Shown here: one piece after another, positions 13,383 to 25,559 of the stretch
Layout of the letters: every line of letters begins with the position of its first letter
Numbering within the stretch: position 1 is the stretch's first letter
Assembly: GCF_011386835.1 (NCBI RefSeq)
Contig: NC_088792.1
Coordinates: 256,432,001-256,496,000 of the forward strand
Length of the DNA: 64,000 bases
Source of the DNA: Chrysemys picta bellii
Taxonomy: Eukaryota
Reading direction: 5' to 3'
Notes under the pieces: generated by a model
What the model saw: only the letters and a program-made list of their open reading frames with translations
Databases searched by the model: none
What the model was told of the DNA's origin: nothing
Translations under genes and position numbers: made by a program

Positions 13383-16231
13383 TTCTTCTTCGAGTGCTTG
13401 CACATGTCCATTCCATTGTAGGTGTGTGCACATCTTGTGCACAGTAGTTGGAGAATTTTTTCCCCTCAGCTGTACCTGTCAGGGTGGTCCAAGCACCCTC
13501 TATCACCACACGCCACTGCATGCTGGTATAAGAGGTCAGAGCTGCTCCTGATCCCCCGCAGTTCCTTCTTACCACCAGCAACAGTTGTTGAAAACAATTC
13601 CAGACTTCTTGCAGCAAGTGCTTCCCTCACTCTTTTCTGTATATATCCTGTCGTTGATGTTAGCAATTAGTTAGTTTTAGCTCATTTTTAATGCTAGGAT
13701 TTTGTTTAATGTCCTTAAAAAAAATATTTCGGTACCAGGATTAGTACTGGAACAGTGCCTCACTTCCTGGGGTTTCAGTTATGCCAGACTTGCGCTAACC
13801 CTCTGCCTGTTAGCAACACACACCTGGGCTGCTTAAAATGTTTGGGAGAACCCCACATTAGTAACAACTGTCATATTTCTAAAGGATGCAAGCCCCACTC
13901 AAAGAAAGACAAAGCAGTGAGGCCTCAAGTGCTTACTTATGAAGGCAGCACTTTGCCATCCACAGGAGTCATGATATGTAGAAAGCGCCGCAAGTACATC
14001 AGTTTAAGTACAGAGTACCCTTCAGAGATATCTGTGGCTTCTTGGTCTCATTCACCAGTTCTGAAGAAAATATTTAGGTCTTGCTCAGGTTTGGTACCTT
14101 GATCAAGTGTGTCAGTACCGAAGCCAAGTGCAGGCAGAGACTCTGCAAACCATTTGAGGAGAGGTTCTCCCTGGAGCACGTCACCTAAGAGGAGGGTATC
14201 ACTGCCTCTGAAACCTGTGCCAGGTCCATTGAGGCTGTCCCCTGAAAGATCTTTGTGGAGGCCATCAGATAGTGCCGCTTACAATCACCCCAGAGGCATA
14301 TACAGCTGCCAGGGATCTTCTTAGCCTCTCAGTACTGGTATCACTGGCAGTACAAGAAGGTTACCAATGCCTGCAGATCCTACCTCACCACATCAAGAGC
14401 CTGCGGTACTGTTACCTTCCAAGCATCCGCAAAAGCTAGTGCAATTGAGAGGCAACTCAACAATGGTATCCCTGATACAACCATCCCCGGGCTCGGGCTA
14501 CATCTCTCCATTCCCAACTGGTTCTGCCCTGCATTGTCAGAAGTATCAGACACTTCTTCTTCAGACTTAGAGTTGAGGTCATCTGTATCCCATCTAGAAC
14601 AGAGAACATACCTCTCCCTCCCCCCCCCCCCGCCCCGCATCAGTGTCTTGTGGACCATTGGCCATGCAGCAACCTCGGCATTGGCCTCCTTCTAAGGATC
14701 AAGAGTTAGGGGCAAGGATGTGTCCAGGCCCATATCAGTTGGCTGTTCTGGTAACAGTGCAGCATCCGCCTCCAGCTAGGACTTAGCCTCCACTTATCTT
14801 CAAGAGCACTGTGGGGGCATTGGCACTAAGGGCATTATTCTCCAGTTTCCGATACCAGTGTTGGTAGTGACCAGCCAGAAGTCACTCAGGCAGCTTCTTC
14901 ACTGCAAGACATAGATCAGTCACCACCTCAAAAGCCTGTGACATCCTCTTCCTCATCACCAGATAAAGCTGCTGAGATGGAAAGTGATTCACCACTACCG
15001 GAGGATCACAGAGCTCACTGAGAGCTTTTGAGAAGGGTGGCCTCTGTGCTCGACTTCATGGGAGAGGAGGTGTGTGAAAGGTCTCACAAGTTGGTGGACA
15101 TTGTGGTATCAGTGGCCTCTGCCAGCATGGCTCTGCCAATTAAAGAAGCCACTGTGGAGCCAGTCAAAGCACTTTGGCAGACACTTCCCTCCTTGCCTTC
15201 CCCAGCAAAATAAGCTGAGAGGAGGTGTACTATGTCACCTCTAAGATATATTACCATTGTTACTCTCAACCTCCTCTGGATTCCCTTGTAGTGGCAGTTG
15301 CCAATGAGTGGAAGAGAAAAGCCTCAATGCCAAAAGACAAAAATTCAAAGAGGCTGGATCTGTTTGGTTGCAAACTTTATTCCTCAGGAAGTCTGTGACT
15401 CAGGATTGCAAACCATCAGGCAGTCCTGAGTTGCTATGACTTCACTCTCTGGGAAAACATTATAAAAATTTAGAGAGAAGTTACCAGAGGACTGTAGGCA
15501 GGAGTTTATAGTAATGGTGAAAGAGGAGGTAAGCTGGTCATCAGCACTGCTCTCCAGGACAGTTAGTGCAGATTCAGATGCTTGAACCATGGCATCAGCT
15601 ATTACTATGAGAAGGGGTTTGAGGTTCGAGTCATTTGGGTTACATCAGAGGTCCAGCAGACCATTTTGAAGATCCCTTGTTTTCAGAAAAAAACAGATAA
15701 AAGATTTCTGGGCAACACTAAAATCTCTTAGAATCTATAATCCAGTGAAGGAAACAGTTTTGTCCACAGCAGCCATACAGGCACCAAGTTTTTGCTCCTT
15801 GATCCCAAGATCCTCCAGGGGAAAAGGCGGGGAGTTATAGGAGGTGTGCTCCACCATCCCTCCTCTTTAGCATCAGTGAGCTCATCCCATCCAGCCACCT
15901 CATCCAAACAGCCATTTTGATGGGGTTGGTCCAGGGCAGTGTAACAGTTATAAATTCCATCATTTCCCACCTTTTGTTTACCAATCACTTATCCCACTTC
16001 CTAAGTGCTTGGGTCCAGTAACATCGGATCGGTGGCTTTTAAGCATTGTGGAACTGGGATATACCCTCCAGTTCATTTCAATCCCTCTTCCCCATCCCCC
16101 CTTTCCTGTCCCTCTTCACAAGATTGTCCTTCAACAGGAGGTCCAGTCTCTTCTTCAGGCAGGGGCCATAGAGGAAGTCCCATTGTGCCTCAAGAGGAAA
16201 GACTTCGATTCTAATTACTTCCTCATTCCCA
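13383..16231 (+). mobile_element. DIRS1-like tyrosine-recombinase retrotransposon, family A, 5' half (terminal repeat, gag, start of RT); pseudogenised
   Basis: Starts ttcttcttcgagtgcttgcacatgtccattcc; gag Cys-rich N-terminus MP..GFQLCQTC..CLKCLGEPH (13755); LAP2alpha-like gag block RVAS..MALP..KALWQT (15028); RT start WLLSIVELGYTLQF..EVQSLLQAGAIEEVP..FDSNYFLIP ending abruptly at 16231. Confidence 0.9.
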
Positions 16232-18259
16232 GTTCGGTGGAAAAAAAATCTAGATGAGAGTGCAAAAAATGTATCTTTAGTGACACGTTGCAACCAAGGC
16301 TTTTGTATGCCTTGAGGAGGTTTTCCACCAACAACCTGTAGTTGTCTGCCTTGTTGTTTCCGAGAAAATTTATTGGCACTAACTGGAAGGCTTTCCATGC
16401 TGTCTTTTCCTTGTCATGCAGTGCATGGTTGAAATGCATCATCTCGAAGAAGTTCACGAATCTGAGGACCAACAAAGACACCTTCCTTTATCTTAGCTTC
16501 ACTTAACCTTGGAAATTTTCCACGGAGGTACTTGAAAGCTGCTTGTGTTTTGTCAGTGGCCTTGAAAAAGTTCTTCATCAGACCCAGCTTGATGTGTAAG
16601 GGTGGTAACAAAATCTTCCTTGATTCAACAAGTGGTGGATGCTGAACACTTTTCCTCCCAGGCTCCAATGACTGTCGGAGTGGCCAATCTTTCTTAATGT
16701 AGAGGGAATCTCTTGCACGACTATCCATTCGCAGAGAAAACAGCAGTACTTTGTGTATCCAGTCTGCAGACCAAGCAAGAGCAACAACCTTCAAATCGCC
16801 ACAAAGCTGCCACTGATATTGGTCATAGTTTATGCACCTCAAAAGTTGTTTCATGTTGTCATAGGTTTCCTTCATATGGACTGCATGAACAACTGGAATT
16901 GATGGCAAAACATTGCCATTATGCAGTAAAACAGCTTTAAGACTCGTCTTCGATGAATCAATGAACAGTCTCCACTTATCTGGATCGTGAACGTTGTTGA
17001 GGGCTGCCCTCACACCATCGATGTTGTTGCAGGCTACAAGATCACCTTCCATGAAGAAGAATGGGACAAAGATCCTTTTGACGGTCACGGAACATGGAAA
17101 CCCTAACATCACCTGCAGGAGATTCCACTGCTATAGTCCTGGAGCCCAACAGCTCTGCCTTACTCTTGGGGTAGTTCCAAATCCCTGACAAGGTCATTCA
17201 GTTCACCTTGTGTTATGAGTTGTGGTTCAGAGGAGGAGAATGGGAGAAAAATGTGGGTCCTGTGACATTGATGGTTCAGGACCAGAAGTTTCATCCTCTT
17301 CCTCTTCCTCGTCTGACTCCAGTGAGAATGATTCTGGTGCATCAGGAACCGACAGTCTTTCTCCGTGGGGGTACTGGGCGTATAGCTGATGGAATGTTTG
17401 GATAATGCACAGTCCACTTTTTCTTCTTTGACACACCTTTCCCAACTGGAGGCACCATGCAGAAGTAACAATTGCTGGTATGATCTGTTGGCTCTCTCCA
17501 AATCATTGGCACTGCAAAAGGCATAGATTTCCTTTTTCTGTTCAACCACTGGCGAAGATTTGTTGCACAAGTGTTGCAGCATATGTGTGGAGCCCACCTC
17601 TTGTCCCGATCTCCAATTTTGCAGCCAAAATAAAGGTGATTAGGCTTTCTTAACCATAGTGGTTATACTGCGCTTTTGTGATGCAAAAGTCACTTCACCA
17701 CAAACATAGCAGAAGTTATCTGCACCGTTCACACAAGTACGAGGCATTTCTGCTCACTTTGGCTAAACAGAAATGTGTCCCTTTTGCAAAATCAAACACT
17801 GACAAATAAGAGAGCATGACACTGTATGATTTCTAGAGCTGACCTAGGGGAATTTGTTCAGCAGAGTGATGTAAGCTTCGTTATGATTGCATCATCCATG
17901 ACTTCTAGGAATAACATGATGCAATTCATATCATGTATGACGCAATACCAGCTTCAGATTGCATCATTCATTGTTTTGCCTAAAAAGCAAGTACTGTCCA
18001 AACCCAGTCATACATTTATTCATAGATCCAGTCAAAGATGTATTATTAGTCATTTCTGGTTTAAATTGAGATCCCTTCCCTTTATAACTCACTTATCCTC
18101 CGCCATTCCCAAGTCAAGGGTCGTATATACTGACCCAATAGCATATCTTGAAAACTAGAGCCAATCAACAATTGTAAGCATCATTTTCGTTCTCAGTGAC
18201 CCAGAATTAGTAAAGTTTGACTACATTTATTTCAGAAGCATTTTGGCTGTAGAGCAGTG
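16232..18259 (-). mobile_element. Chapaev3-type (CMC) DNA transposon, frameshifted transposase, 3' end deleted
   Basis: ATG at 17747 MPRTCVNGADNFCYVCGE; IWREPTDHTSNCYFC zinc finger; WRLFIDSSKTSLKAVLLHNGN; YCCFLCEW; LPPLHIKLGLMKNF; SLKIHFLHSHLDFF. The 5' terminus reads CACTGCTCTACA on the minus strand from 18259, preceded by TTA. The C-terminal DEHGERFHQD-type block and right TIR are absent. Confidence 0.85.
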
Positions 18260-19730
18260 TAATCACACAATTTCCAGTAGTATTTATTTCATTAAAAACT
18301 TTAAAGAGGACTCTATTCATATCAAAATCAGATTCTGGGGGTCCACAGCATACCCCAAGCATTATGCCAGGGGTACCCCTGGTAGCTTTCTTCCCCAAGG
18401 TGCTTTTTGACCCAAACAGACTCTATCTTACCCATTCCATCACTTCTAATTTCTTTACAGTCTACCTGATCATTAATTAATATACAATGCTACTCCACCA
18501 AATTTACCTTTATTTCTGTCTTTCCTGAACAGCACATACCCTTCAATACCTATACTGCAGTCATGACCATTATTCCACCATATTTCTGTTATCCCTATAA
18601 CATTTGGTTTTACTTTCTGCACCAGTAGTTCTACTTCCTCCATTTTGTTTCCCAGGCTCCTTGCACTGGTGTACAAACATCTTAGTTGTTTCTGGTTGGC
18701 TCTGCCCAGATTCCTCACCCAATAGGTTATAGCCATTCTACTTACCAGACTGTTAGCTTCTCTAGTATCAGCACTACCTTTCTTCTTAAGGTCCATTCTC
18801 CTTTCCACTACTGTTCCTTTCTCCATTGCTGTATTCTCTCTTTTTTGATTTTCTTCCCACTCAATATTATAATCAGGCATGGAGATTACATGAGCATCTC
18901 CCAAGCGTCTCTCCCAAGTTCCTTGCTTAAAGTCCTTTTAATTAGTTATGTTAACCTCCATCCCAGTCTATTTCTCTCCCTACTCAGATGGAGTCCATCC
19001 CATGAGTACAGTCCTCTGTCCATGAAGGCCTCTCAGTGGCTGAACATCCTAAAGCTCTCCTTATGGCACTGCTGCCTGAGCCATCTGTTGATCATCACAG
19101 TCTTGTCTTGCTTTCATTCTCCTCCTGTAGGGACAGATAGAATCCCACTGAAGATCACCTGAGCTGCCATTTCTTTAAGCGTCTTCCCCAGCCTGGCATA
19201 GTCTCCCTGGATACATTCCAATGACAAGCTAGCTGTATCATTTGTTCCCACGTGAAGGACAATCAGTGGATTCTTTCCTGCTCCCATAGGATCCCGTTCA
19301 GCTTCAGATCCACATCCCATATTTTATCTCCCGGCAGACAGCACACCCTTCTGTTCTCCAGATCAGGTCTGGTAACAAGCCTGTCTGTTTCCCCTGTTTT
19401 CAGGTGGCTTCTGTAACACTGCTCCTGTACTGCCTCCTGGCTGCTTTGCTGCCTTTATAAGCCCCTAATCAGGGAAGCCCCACTCCCTAATCAGGGAAGC
19501 CCTGCCCCCTAATCAGGGCTCTGCTTCTCTCACAATACACTTCCCCCTACTAGTCCCTGCAAACTGAACCAACCCTCCACCACAAAAACACAAACACAAA
19601 AAACAAACCACACAAAAACTCACTTCCCTTAAGGAACAGGGGCTTGCCTTCTCCCTTCTCATCCAACTGAACTCCCACTCAAACTCACCTGATTTCAGCT
19701 CTGTTTGCTGGCACCTGCGCTGCTGCTCCT
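18260..19730 (-). mobile_element. CR1 LINE 5' part (5' UTR, ORF1 esterase remnant, start of ORF2 endonuclease)
   Basis: ORF1 SGNH-type block LIVLHVGTNDTA..QVIFSGILSVP (19114-19320); endonuclease CLYTSARSLGNKMEE..IGITEIWW..GYVLFRKDR (18473-18904) and LGVC..PPESD..GNCVI cut by the Chapaev terminus; 3x ccctaatcaggg repeats in the 5' UTR (19463-19518). Confidence 0.9.
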
Positions 19731-22700
19731 CTTCTACACTTTGGAGCCATAGAACTAGTTCCAGTTCAGCACAGGGGAAAGAGGTTTGATTCCAAGTACG
19801 TTTGGTTCCCAAAATGAAGGGGGAATGGAGACCAATATTAGATCTCAAACATCTAAACAATTACACAAAACAGCAGAAATTCAGGATGGTGACTCTCACA
19901 GCTATAATTCCCGTCCTAGATTCAGGTGATTGGTGTGTGACTCAACCTTCAGGATGTATATTTTCATGTCACAATTCACCCCTCTCACAAGAAGTTTCTT
20001 CATTTCATAGTCAACCATGACCACTTCAAGGACAGTGTGCTCCCTTTCAGCTTCTCCTCTGCCCTAAGAGTATTCTCAAAGATCATAGCGGTCGTAGCCT
20101 CCCACTTATATCAACTAGGAATAATCATCTTCCCTCATCTTGATCTTACTCGGGGGTTGATATTACTAAGAGCTCCTGTTGGCAGTACAAATAATATGGT
20201 CTCTGTTTCACAGTTTAGGCCTCCAACTCAATCTCGACAAGTCTGCTTTGACACCAGCGTAGTGGATAGATTTCATAGGAGTTTCTCTGGATGTAGTGAC
20301 ACCCAAGGCTTACCTATCTATGGACAGGTTTGTCACCCTAAAATATCTCTTCTCGAGAATTCGGATAAGTCCCAAACCTTGGCAAGAAATTGTCTCCAAC
20401 TAATAGGTCATATGGCAGCTTGTGTCTTCGTAATCCAACACAACAGGTTACATCTTTGATGTTTCCAGAGATAGCTCAGGACTGTTTATGTACTGGACAA
20501 GCACAGTCTGGATAAGCAGGTGTCTGTTCTCCATTGGATTCTAGAGTCACTCAACTGGTGGAAGAACCCTTCCAAGGTCTGTGCGAGAGTCCCTTTTCTC
20601 CAAGCTCCTCCTACCATCATTATAACATCAGAAGCATCCATCTTGGGATGGGGGGCACATCTAGGGTTGCACACAATCCAGGGCAAATGGTCATCCCAAG
20701 AACATCTTCTTCACATGAACCTTTTAGAACTGGGAACAGTCATAAATGCTTGAATTCACTTCCTTCCTCTGATCAGAGCAAAATCTCTCAAGATTATGAT
20801 GGACAGCATGGCCTGCATGTTCTACATCAATCGTCAGGATAGGGCACGGTTCTCCTCACTTTGTGATGAAGCGATAACTCTGGAATTAGTGCTTTGCAAA
20901 CCAGATTGTCATCTCAACTTCTTACCTTCCTGATATACAGACCACTACAGCTGACAACCTCAGCAGGCACTTCTCCCAGAATTACAAATGGCAGGTGGAT
21001 TCATGAGTCCTCAACTGCATATTTGTAACCTGGAGGGTTAAAAAAGTGGACATCTTTCCAACTGCCACCAACACAAAGTGCAAGAAATTTTGCTTGAGAG
21101 GGGAACTTGACCCTCAATCAATAGTGGATGCCTCCTTTATTTCATGGATAAGAATCTTCTTTTCACATACCCACCAACACCATTACTTTTCAAGGTACTG
21201 AACAACACAGGGCCAAGGTCATTTTAATTGCACTGATTTGGCCATGACAAGTTTGGTAGCCTTACCTTGTTCAACTTGCTTCTCATCCACCACTAAGATT
21301 TCCAGTCATTTGCTGTCTATTGTCTCTGTATCACAATCAGATTCTTCACCCAAACTTTGAAATTCTGCAACTCCGGGCATCATTCCTGGATGGTTCTCGG
21401 GGATAGAGACTTCCTGTCCAACAGAAGTACAACAAGTATTGTTAAATAACAGAAAAATAAATCTCTCCTGTTCACTCTCCTCTTTCAATTGTCTTGGACT
21501 ACCTGTTGGAATTTAAAATATCAGGTATCACTATGAGTTCTGTAAAGGTTCACTTGGTAGCTATAAGAGTCTTAAACTTATCCGTGGAAGGTTTGGGATT
21601 TTTGCTCACCCTACAACATCAAGATTCCTCAGGGGACTAATGAATCTTTTCCCAAAGATTAGAGAACCGGACCCACTATGGGACTTGAATTTTGTCCATA
21701 ACTGTCTTATGAAATGCTCCTTTGAGTATTTAGCTACACGTTTGCTGCTTCATCTATCCATGAAAACAGCTTTCTTGGTGGCCACCACTTCTGCCTGGAG
21801 GATCAGAGAACAGGGGGGATTTAATGGCAGAACTTTCTTTTACAGTGTTTTTCAAGGAAAAGGTATTATTGCAACCACATTCCAAATTTCTACCTAGGGT
21901 GTCTTCTGAATTTCATATTAACCAGACCATTCATGTCTCGTTTTTTTCCCCGGAACCAAATGAGACTAGGCAGGAATCTTCCTTCCACACTTCGGATGTC
22001 AAAAGGGGATTAGCTTTCTATTTTGACAGAACCAAACCATTCAGAAAGTTTCCCAGTCTGTTTCAATTGCGCACAGATCTAAGGAATCAACAATTTCCAC
22101 CCAGAGACTTTCAAGATGGATTTCTGGGTGTATTATTTCATGTTATGATTCTGCCAATATTCAACCTCCTTCGGGAGCATTAGCCCATTCTAGATCGTAG
22201 TCTACTTCTATGGCATTACTCAAGGATGTTAACAGTAGCTGAAATTTGCAGAACTGCAATTTGAACTTCAGTATATACTCTCTCCAACCACAATATGTTG
22301 ATTCATGCCTTTAAATCAGATGCTGCAGTTAGCAATGCAGTTCTGTCTTCAGTATTAGACTCTGTTCCAAGATCCCTCCTCTCTGTGGAGATACTGCTCG
22401 GAAGTCACCTGAAGTGCAGCACCAATAGGAACACTATTCGAAGAAGGAGAGGCTACTCACCTTGTGTAGTAACTGGAGTTCAAGTTACATTCCCCTGTGG
22501 GTGCTCCACTACCGCCCTCCTTCCCCTCTGCTTTGGAGCTTCCTCTGCAGGACATTGAGGTAGTTCACTTGTGCAGCTCTAAATCCTTGCAACGGGGCAT
22601 GAGAATGTACTGAGTGCATGCGCAGGCAGAAGGGAGGGGCACTGCTTACAAAAATCTCTGATCCAAGGTGCAGGGGCATGTGTGCACCTGAAGTGGAGCA

Positions 22701-22762
22701 CTCATTGGGACACACATCTCAAAGAACTCCAATTACTGCACAAGATGAGTAACCTCTCCTTC
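19725..22762 (+). mobile_element. DIRS1-like retrotransposon, family B, 3' half (RT, RNase H, methyltransferase-like domain, tyrosine recombinase, ICR/terminal repeat); pseudogenised
   Basis: VPKMKGEWRPILDLKHLN (19802); RNase H ASILGWGAHL..GKWS..HMNLLEL (20520); YR WDLNFV..KTAFLVATTSAWR (21640) and KFLPRVSSEFHINQ..DVKRGLAFYFDRTKPFRK (21824); 35/39-nt inverted repeat 22443-22481 vs 22724-22762 and direct repeat 22406 vs 22685, the DIRS ICR layout. Confidence 0.92.
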
Positions 22763-22885
22763 ACCACTTGAACATATCATTTGAAAAAAATTAACCAGGA
22801 CCTCTATTCTTCTTTCAGTTGCAAAGACTCTCACCCATACCCATCAACATTCTAGTGATCTCATCAACTACAACATTCTTTATTC

Positions 22886-24367
22886 AAGCAGCAAAGAGTC
22901 CTGTGGCACCTTATAGACTAACAGACGTATAGGAGCATGAGCTTTCGTGGGTGAATACCCACTTCTTCGGATGCATGTAGTGGAAATTTCCAGGGGCAGG
23001 TATAAATATGCAAGCAAGAGTGAGTAAGGCTAGAGATAACGAGGTTAGTTCAATCAGGGAGGATAAAGCCCTCTTCTAGCAGTTGAGGTGTGAACACCAA
23101 GGGAGGAGAAACTGCTTTTGTAGTTGGCTAGCCATTTACAGTCTTTGTTTAATCATGAGCTGATGGTGTCAAATTTGCAGATGAACTGAAGCTCAGCAGT
23201 TTCTCTTTGAAGTCTGGTCCTGAAGTTTTTTTGCTCCAGGATGGTTACCTTTAAATCTGCTATTGTGTGTCCAGGGAGGTTGAAGTGTTCTCCTACAGGT
23301 TTTTGTATATTGCCATTCCTAATATCTGATTTGTGTCCATTTATCCTTTTACGTAGGGACTGTCCAGTTTGGCCAATGTACATAGCAGAGGGACATTGCT
23401 GGCATATGATGGCGTATATTACATTGGTGGACGTGCAGGTGAATGAACCGGTGATGGTGTGGCTGATCTGGTTAGGTCCTGTAATGGTGTCACAGGTGTA
23501 GATATGTGGGCAGAGTTGGCATTGAGGTTTGTTGCATGGATTGGTTCCTGAGTTAGAGTTACTATGGTGCGGTGTGTGGTTACTGGTGAGAATATGCTTC
23601 AGGTTGGCAGGTTGTCTGTGGGCGAGGACTGGCCTGCTACCCAAGGCCTGTGAAAGTGAGGGATCATTGTCCAGGATGGGTTGTAGATCACTGATGATAC
23701 ATTGGAGAGGTTTTAGCTGGGGACTCTATGTGATGGCCAGTGGAGTTCTGTTGGTTTCTTTCTTGGGCTTGTCTTGCAGTAGGAGGCTTTTGGGTACACG
23801 TCTGGCTCTGTTGATCTGTTTCCTTATTTCCTCATGCGGGTATTGTAGTTTTGAGAATGCTTGGTGAAGATTTTGTAGGTGTTGATCTCTGTCTGAGGGG
23901 TTGGAGCAGATACGGTTGTATCTCAGTGCTTGGCTGTAGACAATGGATCGTGTGGTGTGTCCAGGATGGAAGCTGGAGGCATGAAGGTAGGCATAGCGGT
24001 CGGTGGGTTTTCGGTATAGGGTGGTGTTAACATGACCGTCACTTATTTGCACTGTGGTGTCTAGGAAGTGGACCTCCCGTGTAGACTGGTCCAGGCTGAG
24101 GTTGATGGTGGGGCAGAAACTGTTGAAATCGTGGTGAAATTTTTCCAGAGTCTCCCTCCCATGGGTCTAGATGATGAAGATGTCATCAATGTAGCGTAGG
24201 TAGAGAAAGGGCATGAGTGGACGAGAGCTGAGGAAGCATTGTTCCAGGTCCGCCATAAAAATGTTGGCATATTATGGGGCCATGCGGGTGCCCATAGCGG
24301 TGCCACTGGTCTGGAGGTATATATTGTCATCAAATTTGAAATAGTTGTGTGTGAGGATAAAGTCACA
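22886..24367 (-). mobile_element. Penelope-like retroelement, 5'-truncated (RT C-half plus GIY-YIG endonuclease, 3' pseudo-LTR)
   Basis: One reading frame from 24367: NYFKFDD..GTAMGTRMAP..LRYIDDIFII..VHFLDTTV..LYRKPTD..VIYAIICQQC..MYIGQTG..RINGHK..RETAE, broken by in-frame stops but no frameshift; the terminus carries a hammerhead motif. Confidence 0.95.
22935..22974 (-). ncRNA. Minimal hammerhead motif, CCGAAGA core variant
   Basis: Reverse complement reads GCAU-CCGAAGA-A-GUGGG(uauuca)CCCAC-GAAA-GC-UC-AUGC. Confidence 0.6.
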
Positions 24368-25559
24368 ATATACTTGACACCATTCTTTATTCAGTGTATT
24401 CTACCTATTCTTTCATTAAATCTATCAACAAAATTTTCTGTGTTGTTCATGATATCATTACCAAGCACTTCCTGATTATGTTTGAAGACTTCTCTACTGC
24501 TCCTCAGAATGACCTTGTCTCCTCTTGTCCATTTATTTTCATACATATCATATACTGTGTCCTATCTGCTGTTTTCAATGTATCCCCATAAAACTGGACT
24601 ATTTCCCATACCTCAAGCTTTCATTGGCATACATGACCTTCCACTGTATATGTCAGAACTTTGGCAAACAATCTATGTCTCATGATGGTGTTTTTCTTTT
24701 TGTATCCCTATGCCCTCAGTAGTCTTAATAATTTGTAGTGGCCTTTACCAGAAATTTCATTTGATGATGCACTTTTTCCTATGTATCAGCAATAACACGG
24801 TTAGCAAAGAATTTGCAAGAGAAGAACCAGAAATGAGAGTCCAGAGATTCAGAAACTGCCCAAAGCACCCACAGAAAAATTAACTGGTTATTTACAGCCA
24901 TCAGCTCACTTACTGTAGGGCAATGTGAATTCTCTTTGCCTCTGGGAAATCAGTTTTCCCAAGACCATCTATGAGCTGCATATTATTCTATAGTTCTCTG
25001 ACCTGTGCTTGCCTGAGGCTGGATGGCAATTCTAAAGACGTGATGCTCCCTACCCTTCTACATGGTATCTTGCCATTCCCCCAGGTGGTTGATTTCTACA
25101 TGCTTCCTCATATCAGACATGGAGTAGCCCGACACTACCTTGCCTCAAGAGATTATGGCTTTGTGCCCTTTGCCTTTGGAGTTGGTTTTTCTTGAGGTAG
25201 AGTCACAAACTAAGGATAACTCTCAGAAGACCATATTGCACTTTTTCCCCACAGCATCCAGAATAAAGTGAAAAGGGAGGGGTTTGTACCAGAACTTGCC
25301 TAATTGGCTAATTTTAAACTCTAAGAAACCAGTAACGGGACTTGACAGATAGTGGCATTTCATTGTGACATTCCCAAATTATTATTCAAATGATTCTGAA
25401 TCCCTTCATTATCAGTAGATTTGTGAAGAAATTGAATCCAGATCAGGTATTCATCTCCTTTCCAGTCCCATCTCTGTCTGCTAGGAGAGCTGTAAATCTC
25501 ATCAGCAACTCCACAGGGATGCTCTACCATTGCAAATTCAGTCTAATTTATTTTCCTTC

